From the NCBI GenBank assembly GCA_035686075.1, contig DASRZU010000025.1, positions 10,759-74,758 on the forward strand: a stretch of DNA of 64,000 bases, read 5' to 3'. The notes below the pieces were generated by a model. That model did no database searches. It had not been told where the DNA came from and was given only the letters and a program-made list of their open reading frames with translations. The DNA comes from Anaeromyxobacter sp. (GTDB taxonomy: Bacteria > Myxococcota > Myxococcia > Myxococcales > Anaeromyxobacteraceae). Shown piece by piece: positions 1-9,950 of the stretch. Position 1 is the stretch's first letter, and the number at the start of each line of letters is the position of its first letter. The translations under genes were made by a program, and so were the position numbers.

Positions 1-56
1 AAGCCGATGAATCCCGCGCAGCCTGTGACCAGGGTCCTCGGGGGGGCCGGGGGCAC

Positions 57-3000
57 TCAGGCGCCCGGCTTCCTCGCCGGCGCCCCATTCCCGGGCGTGG
101 CGGGTGGCTTCAACGCCGCAGCGAGGCTCTCGTAAAGGGCATACTTCTCGCGGACGTCGCGCTGGGCCTGCTCCATGAGCTTCTTGAATCTGACGGGGTT
201 CGCGGCCTCGACCTGCCGGAACCGGGTCTCGTGGCTCACGAAGGCTGAGAGGTCCAGCTTGGGCGCTGGGCTGTCGAGCTTCAAGGGGCTCTCACCCGCC
301 GCGGCGCGGCGCGGGTCGTAGCGGAAAAGCGGCCAATAGCCGGACTCGACCGCCTTCTCCTGCTGCGAGATGCCGTCGACGAGGTCGAAGCCGTGGGCGA
401 TGCAGTGGGAGTAGGCGATGATGATCGACGTCCCCGGGTAGCTATCCGCCTCCTTGAAAGCATTCACCGTCTGCACGTCCTTGGCCCCGAGGGCCACCCG
501 GGCCACGTAGGGGTGGCCGTAGCTCATGGCCAGCATGGCCAGGTCCTTCTTCGGCATGGCCTTTCCGGCCATGGCGAACTTGGCTGCGGCCCCGAGGGGC
601 GTCGCCTTGGAGGCCTGGCCGCCGGTGTTGGAGTAGACCTCGGTGTCGAGGACGAGGATGTTCACGTCCCGTCCCTGGGCGAGGACGTGGTCCAGGCCGC
701 CGTAGCCGATGTCGTAGGCCCATCCGTCGCCGCCCAGGATCCAGACCGACTTTCGGACCAACCCGTCGGCGATCTGGAGGAGCCAGCGCGCCTCGAGGCT
801 CGTGTCTGGGGCGAGCTTCTCCTTCAGGATGGCCACCCGGGCGCGCTGCTTCTCGATGCCGGCCTCCTGGGACTGGTCGGCCTCGAGCAGTTCCTTCACC
901 AGCTCGCCGCCCACCACCCCGCCGAGCTTCTCCAATAGCTCCCGGGCCTGCTCGCCCTGCTTGTCGAGGGCGAGACGCATCCCGAACCCGAACTCGGCGT
1001 TGTCCTCGAAGAGGGAGTTGATCCAGGCCGGCCCCCGCCCGCGCGGGTCCAGGGTGTAGGGAGTGGTGGGGAGGTTCCCGCCATAGATCGACGAGCAGCC
1101 GGTGGCGTTCGAGATGAGAGCCCGGTCGCCGAAGAGCTGGGTGAGGAGCTTGATGTACGGGGTCTCCCCGCAGCCGGTGCAGGCGCCCGAGAACTCGAAG
1201 AGCGGCGCCAGGAACTGCGTGCCCTTCACGTCCAGCTTCACCTTGGTGCGATCCGGGTCGGGAAGGGAGAGGAAAAAGGCGAAGTTCTTCCGTTCCTTCT
1301 CCTTGAGGGCCAGGGCGTCCTTCATGTTGATGGCCCGCTTGCCCTTCTCGGTCTTGGACTCGGCGGGGCACATCTCGACGCACAGCCCGCAGCCGGTGCA
1401 GTCGTCGGGCGCGACCTGGAGGGAGTACTTGGCGCCCTTCACCTCCACGCTCTTGTAGTCCATGGAGAGGAAGCCAGCGGGGGCCTTCTCGGCGAGCGTG
1501 GCCGGGTAATACTTGGGCCGGATGGCGGCGTGGGGGCAGATGATCGCGCACTTGTTGCACTGGATGCAGATGGGCGGCTCCCAGACCGGGATCTCGAGGG
1601 CGATGGAGCGTTTCTCCCACTTGCTCGTGCCGGTGGGCCAGGTGCCGTCGACGGGGAAGGCCGAGACCGGCAAGAGGTCGCCCTTCCCCGCCAGCATGAG
1701 AGCGGTCACGCGCTTCACGAAGTCGGGGGCGGCGTCGGAGACGGCGGGAGGGCGGGGGGCGCCGTTCGCCTGGCGGCCCTCGAGGCTCACCGGGTAGAGG
1801 TGCGAGAGGGTGTGATCCACGGCGGCGAAGTTCTTCTTCACCACCTCGGCTCCCTTGCGCCCGTAAGTCTTCTCGATGGTCTTCTTGATGTGAGCGATGG
1901 CCTCGTCGCGGGGCAGGACACCAGAGACCGCGAAGAAGCAGGTCTGCATGATGGTGTTGATGCGGACACCCATCCCCGTGTCGCGCGCCACCTTGTAGGC
2001 ATCGATCACGAAGAACCGGAGCTTCTTGTCGAGGATCTGCTCCTGGACCTCGAGGGGAAGCTTGTCCCAGACCTCGTCCGGCCCGTAGGGCGAGTTGAGA
2101 AGGAATGTCCCTCCCGGCACCGCCTGCTCGACCATCTCGTACTTCTCCAAGAAGCCGAACTGGTGGCTGGCCACGAAGTTGGCCCGGGTGACGAGGTAGG
2201 CGGACCGGATGGGGCGCGGACCGAAGCGCAGGTGCGAGGTGGTGAGGGTGCCGGACTTCTTCGAGTCGTAGACGAAGTACCCCTGGGCGTAGTTCGGCGT
2301 GTCCTCGCCGATGATCTTGATCGAGTTCTTGTTGGCACCGACGGTCCCGTCCGCGCCCAGGCCAAAGAACAGGGCTCGCACCACGTCGTCGCGCTCGATG
2401 TCGAAGGTCGGATCGAATGGGAGCGAGGAGTGGGTGACGTCGTCATTGATGCCCACGGTGAAGTGGCGCTTGGGGCGCGGCCGGCCCAGCTCGTCCAGGA
2501 CGGCCTTCACCATGGCGGGAGTGAACTCCTTGGAGGAGAGGCCGTAGCGACCGCCGATCACCGTGAGTTGGTGGTGGAAGCGGTCGATGTGGGCCTGCTC
2601 CGCCTCGCGCAGGGCGGTGACGACGTCCTGGTAGAGGGGCTCGCCCAGCGCGCCGGGCTCCTTGGTCCGATCCAGGACCGCCAGGTGGTGCACGGTGCGG
2701 GGGAGCGCGGTCATGAAGGCGCCGAGGTCGAACGGCCGGTAGAGTCGGACCTTGACGAGGCCGACCTTCTCTCCCCGGGCGTTCAGGTGCTCGACGGTCT
2801 CCCCGATGGTGTCGCAGGCCGAGCCCATGGCCACGACCACCCGCTCCGCCTCGGGATGGCCGAAGTACTCGAACAACTTGTAGCCGCGCCCGGTGAGCCG
2901 GGCGAACTCGTCCATGGCCTTCTGCATGTGCTCGGCCGCCACCGCGTAGAAGGGGTTCGAGGCCTCCCGCGCCTGAAAGAAGGCGTCGGGATTCTGGGCG

Positions 3001-3653
3001 GTGCCCCTCAGCTGAGGCCGGTCGGGCGTGAGGGCGCGGGCCCGGTGCTTTGCGACGAGGGACTCCGGGACCATCTTGCGGAGGTCGTCGTCGGAGAGCT
3101 CCTCGACCTTGGCCACCTCGTGCGAGGTGCGGAAACCGTCGAAGAAGTGGAGGATTGGGACGCGGGCCTCGAGGGTGGCGCGCTGGGCGATGAGCGCGAA
3201 GTCGTGCGCCTCCTGCACCGAGGCCGAGGCGAGGAGCATGAACCCGGTCTGCCGCACCGCCATCACGTCGGAGTGATCGCCGAAGATCGATAGCGCGTGG
3301 GTGGCGAGGGTGCGCGCCGACACGTGCATCGAGAAGGCGGTCAGCTCCCCCGCGATCTTGTACATGCTGGGGATCATGAGCAGCAGGCCCTGCGAGGCCG
3401 TGAACGTGGTCGTGAGCGAGCCCGCCTGGAGGGCCCCGTGCACCGCCCCGGCCGCTCCGCCCTCCGACTGCATCTCGGTGACGCTGGGGATCGTCCCCCA
3501 GACGTTCCGTCGGCCCTTGGCAGACCACTCATCGGCCCACTCGCCCATGTTGGACGAGGGGGTGATGGGGTAGATGGCGATGACCTCGTTGGTCCGGTGA
3601 GCGACGGAGGCCACCGCCTCGTTGCCGTCCATGGTCACCAAGCGCCTGCTCAT
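57..3653 (-). CDS. nifJ: Pyruvate:ferredoxin (flavodoxin) oxidoreductase, homodimeric type
   Basis: Motifs MDGNEAVA, YPITPSS, EMQSEGGAAG, two ferredoxin motifs (CIQCNKCAIICP, CTGCGLCVEMCP), GACTGCGETPY, GGDGWAYDIG, EVYSNTGGQ. Start re-picked at ATG 3653, behind a GAGGAG SD. Confidence 0.97.
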   Translation of the reverse strand: MSRRLVTMDGNEAVASVAHRTNEVIAIYPITPSSNMGEWADEWSAKGRRNVWGTIPSVTEMQSEGGAAGAVHGALQAGSLTTTFTASQGLLLMIPSMYKIAGELTAFSMHVSARTLATHALSIFGDHSDVMAVRQTGFMLLASASVQEAHDFALIAQRATLEARVPILHFFDGFRTSHEVAKVEELSDDDLRKMVPESLVAKHRARALTPDRPQLRGTAQNPDAFFQAREASNPFYAVAAEHMQKAMDEFARLTGRGYKLFEYFGHPEAERVVVAMGSACDTIGETVEHLNARGEKVGLVKVRLYRPFDLGAFMTALPRTVHHLAVLDRTKEPGALGEPLYQDVVTALREAEQAHIDRFHHQLTVIGGRYGLSSKEFTPAMVKAVLDELGRPRPKRHFTVGINDDVTHSSLPFDPTFDIERDDVVRALFFGLGADGTVGANKNSIKIIGEDTPNYAQGYFVYDSKKSGTLTTSHLRFGPRPIRSAYLVTRANFVASHQFGFLEKYEMVEQAVPGGTFLLNSPYGPDEVWDKLPLEVQEQILDKKLRFFVIDAYKVARDTGMGVRINTIMQTCFFAVSGVLPRDEAIAHIKKTIEKTYGRKGAEVVKKNFAAVDHTLSHLYPVSLEGRQANGAPRPPAVSDAAPDFVKRVTALMLAGKGDLLPVSAFPVDGTWPTGTSKWEKRSIALEIPVWEPPICIQCNKCAIICPHAAIRPKYYPATLAEKAPAGFLSMDYKSVEVKGAKYSLQVAPDDCTGCGLCVEMCPAESKTEKGKRAINMKDALALKEKERKNFAFFLSLPDPDRTKVKLDVKGTQFLAPLFEFSGACTGCGETPYIKLLTQLFGDRALISNATGCSSIYGGNLPTTPYTLDPRGRGPAWINSLFEDNAEFGFGMRLALDKQGEQARELLEKLGGVVGGELVKELLEADQSQEAGIEKQRARVAILKEKLAPDTSLEARWLLQIADGLVRKSVWILGGDGWAYDIGYGGLDHVLAQGRDVNILVLDTEVYSNTGGQASKATPLGAAAKFAMAGKAMPKKDLAMLAMSYGHPYVARVALGAKDVQTVNAFKEADSYPGTSIIIAYSHCIAHGFDLVDGISQQEKAVESGYWPLFRYDPRRAAAGESPLKLDSPAPKLDLSAFVSHETRFRQVEAANPVRFKKLMEQAQRDVREKYALYESLAAALKPPATPGNGAPARKPGA

Positions 3654-3725
3654 GCCATTCTCCTCGTTCGCGCATCGGCTGCGCGCAGTCCTCAGGACCC
3701 CTGCCCGAGCGCAGAAGCTGCGGGT

Positions 3726-3739
3726 TTGATCGAGGTCAG
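3726..3739. promoter_or_regulatory. Possible FNR/Crp-family site upstream of nifJ
   Basis: TTGAT-CGAG-GTCAG matches 8 of 10 positions of TTGAT-N4-ATCAA, about 75 bp upstream of an anaerobic enzyme gene. Confidence 0.4.
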
Positions 3740-3943
3740 AAGAAGGTCCCTGCAACCGCCGGTCCTTCGCCTTGGGGCCCGCCTGCGATCCGGCCCTGCG
3801 TCCGGCGCGCGCGCAGTCTAGCAGCTTCGTGGCCCGATGGAGGCCGGAACCCCGCCGGCGGGGGGCTCCGAGGCGTCCTCGGGCACTATGCCGCGCCTGC
3901 GCCTTGAGTCCCACCGCCTCGCCGTACGATGCTCGGCCGCGCA

Positions 3944-4999
3944 ATGGTGCGGAAGGTCGGGACGGCCAGGATCGTCCGCGAAATCGGCCGCGGCGGCATG
4001 GGGGTGGTCTACGAGGCCCTCCAGGAGGGGCTCGACCGCCAGGTCGCCGTGAAGGCGCTGGACCAGCGGCTCGTCCGCTCGAAGGAGCAGCTGGAGCGTT
4101 TCCGTCGCGAGGGGCGGGTCTACGCGCGGCTCCGCCACGAGTCGATCGTGGCGGTCCACGATCTCATCGAGAAGGACGAGCAGCTCTTCCTCGTGACCGA
4201 GTTCGTGGACGGTGCCGATCTGGCGCGCGTCCTCTCGGAGGGCGGGGCGCTGCCGCCTGATTGCGTGGCGGTGATCGGCGCCCGCGTGGCCGACGCCCTG
4301 GACTACGTCCACTACAACTCCATGCTTCACCGCGACGTGAAGCCCGCGAACGTGATGCTCTCCCGGGACGGTGAGGTGAAGCTGATGGACTTCGGGATCG
4401 CAAAGGGAGAAGACGACCCCGCCCTCACCCGGGCGGGCATGCTCGTGGGGAGCCCATCGTACATGGCGCCCGAGGTCTTGGGAGGGGACGAGGCCGGGCC
4501 GCCTTCCGACGTATGGGCACTCGGGGTTACGCTCTACGAGCTCCTCACCGGGGAGAAACCATTTCGGGGTGCGAACTCCGACGAGCTGTTCGCCCTCATC
4601 CGGCGGGGCCGCTTCCGCCGGATAAGGGCGCTCGCCCCGAAGTGCCCATTTCGCCTGGCCCGGGCGGTGGAGCGTTGCCTGGCGCGCCGGCCGGCACGGC
4701 GTTTCAAGAGCGCCGGGGCCCTGGCCCGCGCCCTGGACGGCTGCGCGGCGCGAGCCCTGCACAAGATCCACCCCCGCGCCCGACTGGTCGCCTTCCTCGC
4801 TCACCGCGGCTTCGCCACCGAGGAGGTGGCCCTCGCCCATCTCGACGGGGCGACCCTGGCGGCGACCAGGCGGGCCGACGAGCGGGGAACGGCAACCCTG
4901 GTCGAGTTCCCGGTGCGGCGCGCACCGCGGAGGCTGGCGCTCGCGGCGGCGGTGGCGCTCGCGACGGCGATCTTGGTCCTGCTCTCCCCCCCCTGGTGA
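3944..4999 (+). CDS. Hanks-type Ser/Thr protein kinase with C-terminal membrane anchor
   Basis: IGRGGMGVVY, VAVK, HRDVKPAN, DFG, YMAPE, DVWALG; hydrophobic C-terminus. Alternative start at 3929. Confidence 0.93.
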   Translation: MVRKVGTARIVREIGRGGMGVVYEALQEGLDRQVAVKALDQRLVRSKEQLERFRREGRVYARLRHESIVAVHDLIEKDEQLFLVTEFVDGADLARVLSEGGALPPDCVAVIGARVADALDYVHYNSMLHRDVKPANVMLSRDGEVKLMDFGIAKGEDDPALTRAGMLVGSPSYMAPEVLGGDEAGPPSDVWALGVTLYELLTGEKPFRGANSDELFALIRRGRFRRIRALAPKCPFRLARAVERCLARRPARRFKSAGALARALDGCAARALHKIHPRARLVAFLAHRGFATEEVALAHLDGATLAATRRADERGTATLVEFPVRRAPRRLALAAAVALATAILVLLSPPW

Positions 5000-5095
5000 A
5001 GGGCAACCTGCGAGAACGACGGCGCGATCCCCAAACAGGATCGCGGAGGTCCTCCCTGTGCCGGAGGCGGGCGGGTCGGAGCAGGTGCCGGTCGG

Positions 5096-5124
5096 TTGAC
5101 ATTTGTCATGACGGGTGTTAGCCT
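5096..5124 (+). promoter_or_regulatory. Sigma70-type promoter of the sugar ABC operon, with an overlapping palindrome
   Basis: TTGACA (5096-5101), 17 bp, TAGCCT (5119-5124) with extended TGn; TGACA-TT-TGTCA palindrome at 5097-5108. Confidence 0.7.
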
Positions 5125-5216
5125 CGCTCGCGTTTCGTCAATGCAGCAGCCGTGGCAGACGGAGCAGAGTGGGTCCCACCGGTTTTTCCTGACAGCTGAA
5201 CAAGAGGAGGGATGAG

Positions 5217-6233
5217 ATGAGCAAGGCAACGGTTCTCGCCGCCGCGCTGGCGCTGCTCGCCCCGCTGGCGTCGCCCAAGGCCGCCGACAAGGGCATGAAG
5301 ATCGCCTTCTTCGTGTCCGACCTCGGCAACGTGTTCCACCAGGCGCAGTTCGCGGAGGCGAAGAAGTACGCCAAGGACAAGTACGGGGCGGAGGTGTTCG
5401 CCTTCGACGGCAAGTCGGACAGCGCCACCATGACCGCCAACGTCGACCAGATCGTGGCCCAGGGCATGAACGCGGCCACCCTGCACATCTGGGACGGCGA
5501 GGCCGCCAAGCCGGGAGTGCTCGCGGCCCTGAAGAAGAACGTCATCATGACCGCGTTCTTCAGCCCCATCGCCGACACCGGCATCCCCACCGCCCGTAGC
5601 GACGAGGCAAGCGTCTCGTTCGCGATGGGGGCCCAGATGGCCAAGCAGTGGAAGGCCGCCAACCCCGGCAAGCCCGTCGTCATGGTTCAGCTGGGCTGGC
5701 CCAACCACACCGAGGTGAACTCGGGCCGTACCGCTCCCTTCGTGAAGGGCGTGCTCTCGGTGGACCCGACGGCCAAGAACCTGGGCTGCCAGGACGCGAG
5801 CAAGGGGCCAGACGCGGCCAAGCAGATCGTGCTCGACCTCGTCACCCAACACCCCGAGGTCAACCTCATCTACTCCGAGGCCTCGAATCTCACGGTCGGG
5901 ACCATGGCCGCGCTGACCCAAGCTGGGCGCGGGGTGTTCAAGGACGGCAAGCCCGTTACCGAGATCGTGGCCAGCGTCGACTTCGACGAGGTCGAGTACA
6001 AGGCCGTGTACGACGCCAGCAGCTCGCTCAAGCTGTCCATGGGGCTGCCGCCCAAGGAGACCGCCCGCGGCCGGATCGACCTCATCATGGACATCAAGGC
6101 CGGCAAGGTCGCCCGCACCTCCCAGCCGGCCAAGGAGTTCTTCTACAAGGCCTACACCATCTCCTACTGGACCATGTCCAAGGCGGACGCGGCCGGCTGG
6201 CTCAAGGACCAGTTCGGCGCCAACGTAATGTGA
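5217..6233 (+). CDS. Sugar ABC transporter substrate-binding protein (RbsB-like)
   Basis: Signal peptide, KIAFFVSDLGNVFHQ start of a type I periplasmic binding fold, GAGGAGG SD, first gene of the ABC operon. Confidence 0.88.
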   Translation: MSKATVLAAALALLAPLASPKAADKGMKIAFFVSDLGNVFHQAQFAEAKKYAKDKYGAEVFAFDGKSDSATMTANVDQIVAQGMNAATLHIWDGEAAKPGVLAALKKNVIMTAFFSPIADTGIPTARSDEASVSFAMGAQMAKQWKAANPGKPVVMVQLGWPNHTEVNSGRTAPFVKGVLSVDPTAKNLGCQDASKGPDAAKQIVLDLVTQHPEVNLIYSEASNLTVGTMAALTQAGRGVFKDGKPVTEIVASVDFDEVEYKAVYDASSSLKLSMGLPPKETARGRIDLIMDIKAGKVARTSQPAKEFFYKAYTISYWTMSKADAAGWLKDQFGANVM

Positions 6234-6308
6234 TCGCAAGGCCCGTACCTCCGGTGCCGCGGCGAACGGAGGGCCGCGGCATCGGGGGACGGCAGGGGAG
6301 GGGCGGCC

Positions 6309-7799
6309 ATGGACCGGATCGACAACGTCCTGGAGATCAGGGGCCTCGTGAAGGACTTCTCCAGCGTCCGCGCCGTGAACGACGTCAGCTTCGATATCCG
6401 GCGCAACACCGTCCACTGCCTGGTGGGCGAGAACGGGGCCGGCAAGTCCACCCTCATCAAGATCCTCACGGGCGCGCTGCAGCGCACCGCCGGTCGGGTC
6501 CTGCTCAACGGGAAGGATTACGCCCCCCGTGGCCCCCGCGAGGCCAAGCAGAAGGGGATCAGCACGCTCTTCCAGGAACTGAACGTCGTCGACCAGCTCA
6601 CCGTGGCCGAGAACCTCACCCTGGGAATGGAGGACACGACCCTCGGGTTTCTGCGCCGGACCGACAAGATCAACCGCATGGTCAGCGTGATGAACAGCCT
6701 CGAGCCGTCCATCCGCCCCCACCAGCGGGTCTCGACCCTCTCGGTGGCCCAGAAGCAGATCGTGGAGATCGCCAAGGCGGTGGCCGCCGAGGCGGACGTG
6801 CTCATCATGGACGAGCCGACCGCCGCGATCTCGGAGGGGGAGATCGCACGTCTGTTCGCGATCGTGAAGGCCCTGCGCCACAAGAACGTGACCGTCATCT
6901 ACATCTCCCACCGCCTCGACGAGATCTTCGAGCTGGGCGACGTGGTCACGGTGATGCGGGACGGGCGCCACATCGCCACCCGCCCGGTCGCCGAGGTCAA
7001 GGACCGCTCGGAGCTCATCCGGATGATGATCGGGAAGACCGTCTTCGAGGGCTACGAGGCCCGGGAGAGCGGGAAGAAGGACGTGGTCCTCGAGGTGAAG
7101 AACCTCGCCAATCACAAGCTCAAGGACGTCTCCTTCGAGGTGCGCCAGGGGGAGATCGTCGGGTTCTACGGGCTGGTGGGCGCCGGCAAGACCGAACTGG
7201 CCCGGGCCATCTACGGAGCCGACCCGTACCGGGGCGAGGTGACCTTCCGGGGGAAGAAACTCCCCCCCCGGCCGGACAAGGTCATTGCCGCCGGCATCGC
7301 CCTCGTGCCCGAGGAGCGTCGCTCGCAGGGACTTTTCACCATCCTCACCGTCCGGGGCAACGTCCCGGTGATGAACATGGCCAAGATCTCCCGCCGCGGC
7401 TTCATCGACGCCGCTGCCGAGCGCCGCGTGACGCTCGAGGCTGTTGAACGGCTGCGGATCGCCACGAGCAGCACCGAGAAGGAGACCGCCAAGCTCTCGG
7501 GCGGCAACCAGCAGAAGGTGGTCTTCGCGAAATGCCTCTTCGCCGATGCGGACCTGCTCATGCTGGACGAGCCCACCCGCGGGATCGACGTCGGGGCGAA
7601 GAGCGAGATCTACGGCATCATCCGCAAGCTTTCCCGGGAGGGGAAGTCGATCCTGGTCTTCTCCTCCGAGCTTCCGGAGATCGTGAACCTCTGCGACACG
7701 GTCCACCTCCTCTACGACGGGGAGCTCAAGGCCACCCTCGAGAACGGCCGCGGGGTGGACAGCCAGAGGATCATGCACGTGGTGACGGGGGGCCTATGA
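6309..7799 (+). CDS. Sugar ABC transporter ATP-binding protein (RbsA/MglA-like, tandem domains)
   Basis: GENGAGKST, DEPT, ISHRL, GLVGAGKTE, LSGGNQQK, DEPTRGIDVG. Confidence 0.95.
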   Translation: MDRIDNVLEIRGLVKDFSSVRAVNDVSFDIRRNTVHCLVGENGAGKSTLIKILTGALQRTAGRVLLNGKDYAPRGPREAKQKGISTLFQELNVVDQLTVAENLTLGMEDTTLGFLRRTDKINRMVSVMNSLEPSIRPHQRVSTLSVAQKQIVEIAKAVAAEADVLIMDEPTAAISEGEIARLFAIVKALRHKNVTVIYISHRLDEIFELGDVVTVMRDGRHIATRPVAEVKDRSELIRMMIGKTVFEGYEARESGKKDVVLEVKNLANHKLKDVSFEVRQGEIVGFYGLVGAGKTELARAIYGADPYRGEVTFRGKKLPPRPDKVIAAGIALVPEERRSQGLFTILTVRGNVPVMNMAKISRRGFIDAAAERRVTLEAVERLRIATSSTEKETAKLSGGNQQKVVFAKCLFADADLLMLDEPTRGIDVGAKSEIYGIIRKLSREGKSILVFSSELPEIVNLCDTVHLLYDGELKATLENGRGVDSQRIMHVVTGGL

Positions 7800-8845
7800 C
7801 CGCGCAGACCACCACCATGTCCGCCGGGCCGGGGAGCGAGCGGGTGGGGACGCTGGCCCGCAAGTTGAGCAACGAGTCGTTCATCACTCTCTTCATGGTG
7901 GGCGTCCTGGCCGTCCTCTTCGCCGTCGCCTGCCTCTTCGTCCCGAACTTCTGGCTGCCCCGGAACGTCGTCAACCTCCTCACCAACTACTGGTACCTCA
8001 TCATCTTGGGGATCGGGGTCACCTTCCTGCTCATCACCGGCAACTTCGACATGTCGGTGGGGGGGAACGTGGCCCTCACCGGGGTGGTGTGCGCCTGGTG
8101 CGCTCAGGCCGCGAGCGGCTCGCCCAACCCCCTGGCCAACGGCCCGGGGCTCCCCTACGGCCTTTCGGTGGCGGCGGCCCTCGCCTGCGCGGTGGGCGTG
8201 GGCGCAGTGAACGCGTTCTTCATCGTGCGGCTCAAGGTCCCGTCCATCATCGTCACCCTGGGCACCATGATGCTCTCCCGCGGCCTCGCCCAGGTGATCA
8301 CCCGCGGCGCCCAGCGTAACACGAGCCTCCCCGACGTCTTCGGGGTGGTGGGCAACACCTTCTTGCCGGGCACGTCCCTCAAGGTCGCCGTGCTCATCAT
8401 GGTCCTGCTCGTGGCCGTGGCGTTCGTGCTGGAGAAGGGCACGGTGGCGGGCCGGCGGACCTACCTCATCGGCGCCAACGCCGAGGCGGCGCGGCTCTCC
8501 GGAGTCAAGGTCGGCCGCCACATCGCCTCGCTCTACCTCCTCTCCGGGCTCTTGGCCGGGATCACCGGCATCCTCCTCGCCTCGGAGTTCAAGGCCGGGG
8601 TGTCGAGCCGCGCCACCGGATACGAGTTCGACGCCCTCGTGATCTGCCTCCTGGGTGGGGTCAGCATCTCCGGGGGGTTCGGCTCGGTCCTGGGGATGTT
8701 CGTGGGAGCCATCCTCCTCTCGGTCGTGACCTCGTCCGCCACTGGACTCCTCCTCTCCCCGGACTGGCAGTTCACCCTGAAGGGCCTCGTCACCTTCCTC
8801 GCCATCCTCGCGCAACGCTTCGCGCTGGACCGGAGGAGCACATGA
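7796..8845 (+). CDS. Sugar ABC transporter permease (RbsC-like)
   Basis: Multi-TM; GNFDMSVG, PSIIVTLG, IGANAEAARLSG, YEFDAL; ATGA overlap with the upstream gene. Confidence 0.93.
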   Translation: MTAQTTTMSAGPGSERVGTLARKLSNESFITLFMVGVLAVLFAVACLFVPNFWLPRNVVNLLTNYWYLIILGIGVTFLLITGNFDMSVGGNVALTGVVCAWCAQAASGSPNPLANGPGLPYGLSVAAALACAVGVGAVNAFFIVRLKVPSIIVTLGTMMLSRGLAQVITRGAQRNTSLPDVFGVVGNTFLPGTSLKVAVLIMVLLVAVAFVLEKGTVAGRRTYLIGANAEAARLSGVKVGRHIASLYLLSGLLAGITGILLASEFKAGVSSRATGYEFDALVICLLGGVSISGGFGSVLGMFVGAILLSVVTSSATGLLLSPDWQFTLKGLVTFLAILAQRFALDRRST

Positions 8846-9879
8846 GCATCGCAAGCGGCGAGACCATGGCCGCCCACCTGGAGCGGGCGGCCGCGCTCCG
8901 GGCTACCATCAAGCGGCTCTACATCTACGTCGTCCTGCTCCTCATCGTGCTCCTCTTCAGCGTGGCGAGGCTCGGGGAGGTCGAGCCGTTCGGGCCGGGC
9001 CACTTCCTCTCCCCCGACAGCGTCGTGAACATGCTCCGGATCGCCGCGCCCATCCTGACCTTGAGCGGGGCGTTCACGCTCCTCATGATCTCGGGGTACA
9101 TCGACCTCTCGGTCGGAAGCGCCATGAGCTTCAGCGCGGTGGTCTTCGCGCTCATGATCCGGGGGGGGGTCCCCTTCGCGCTCGCCTTTCCCCTCACCGC
9201 CGCCATGGGCTGCGCCCTGGGGGCCGCGAACGGCCTGCTCGTCATGCGGCTCCGGATCACCCCCGTCATCGCCACCCTCGTCACCCTGAACGTCTTCAAG
9301 GGCAGCGCCCTCCTCATCGTTCCGAGCGGCCTCTCCGCCATCAAGTCGATCCCGGGAAGGGCGATGCCTGCCTGGATCAACGATTACGCGCGCGCCGAGG
9401 TTCTCTTCGGACTCCCCTGGGCGTTCTACGTGGCGGTGGGGGTGATCCTCGCGCTCGTGGTGGTGCAGCGCAGGACCCTCGTCGGGAAGTACGCCGCCGC
9501 CATCGGTGGCAATCGCACCGCCGCCGAGCTCTCCGGCATCGGCGCGGTTCGCTGGGTGTGGGGACTCTACGTCCTCGTGGGGCTCTGCGCAGCCCTGGCC
9601 GGAACGGCGCGGGCGAGTTACATGTCCATCGGCGATCCCCTTTCCGGCGACGGGATGGAGCTCGACTGCATCATCGCGGTGCTCCTCGGCGGCACGGCCT
9701 TCTCCGGCGGAGAGGGCTCGGTGGCCAAGACGGTGGTGGGCGCGCTCATCATTGTGTGCGTGACCACCGGGCTCATGACCGTGATCCCGGCCTTCTGGCA
9801 GACCTTCGCCAAGGGAGCGGTGCTGATCGGCGCCGTGGCCCTGAACTACCTCCTCGTGCGCGAACCGGCCCGGTGCTGA
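8842..9879 (+). CDS. Second sugar ABC transporter permease
   Basis: GYIDLSVG, AIGGNRTAAELSG, MELDCIIAVLLGG; ATGA overlap. Confidence 0.93.
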   Translation: MSIASGETMAAHLERAAALRATIKRLYIYVVLLLIVLLFSVARLGEVEPFGPGHFLSPDSVVNMLRIAAPILTLSGAFTLLMISGYIDLSVGSAMSFSAVVFALMIRGGVPFALAFPLTAAMGCALGAANGLLVMRLRITPVIATLVTLNVFKGSALLIVPSGLSAIKSIPGRAMPAWINDYARAEVLFGLPWAFYVAVGVILALVVVQRRTLVGKYAAAIGGNRTAAELSGIGAVRWVWGLYVLVGLCAALAGTARASYMSIGDPLSGDGMELDCIIAVLLGGTAFSGGEGSVAKTVVGALIIVCVTTGLMTVIPAFWQTFAKGAVLIGAVALNYLLVREPARC

Positions 9880-9950
9880 CGCACCGTCTGCCGTAACCCT
9901 CTCCGGGCCCGCGGGCGGGTTCTCCCCGCAGGGACCCCCGCCCCGGGTCA

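Noticed and set aside
3654-3944. Long N-terminal extensions in the ORF track (nifJ, rsfS, purF, gatA, gatB, rpoN, rluA and others)
   Set aside because: Artefacts of taking the first start codon; family motifs, SD sites and gene overlaps point to later starts.
5118-7778. 886-aa minus-strand ORF, and similar long antisense ORFs such as 8533-10488, 33130-34920 and 45067-47358
   Set aside because: Shadow frames of well-supported genes on the opposite strand; stop codons are scarce at about 70% GC and the translations show no motifs.
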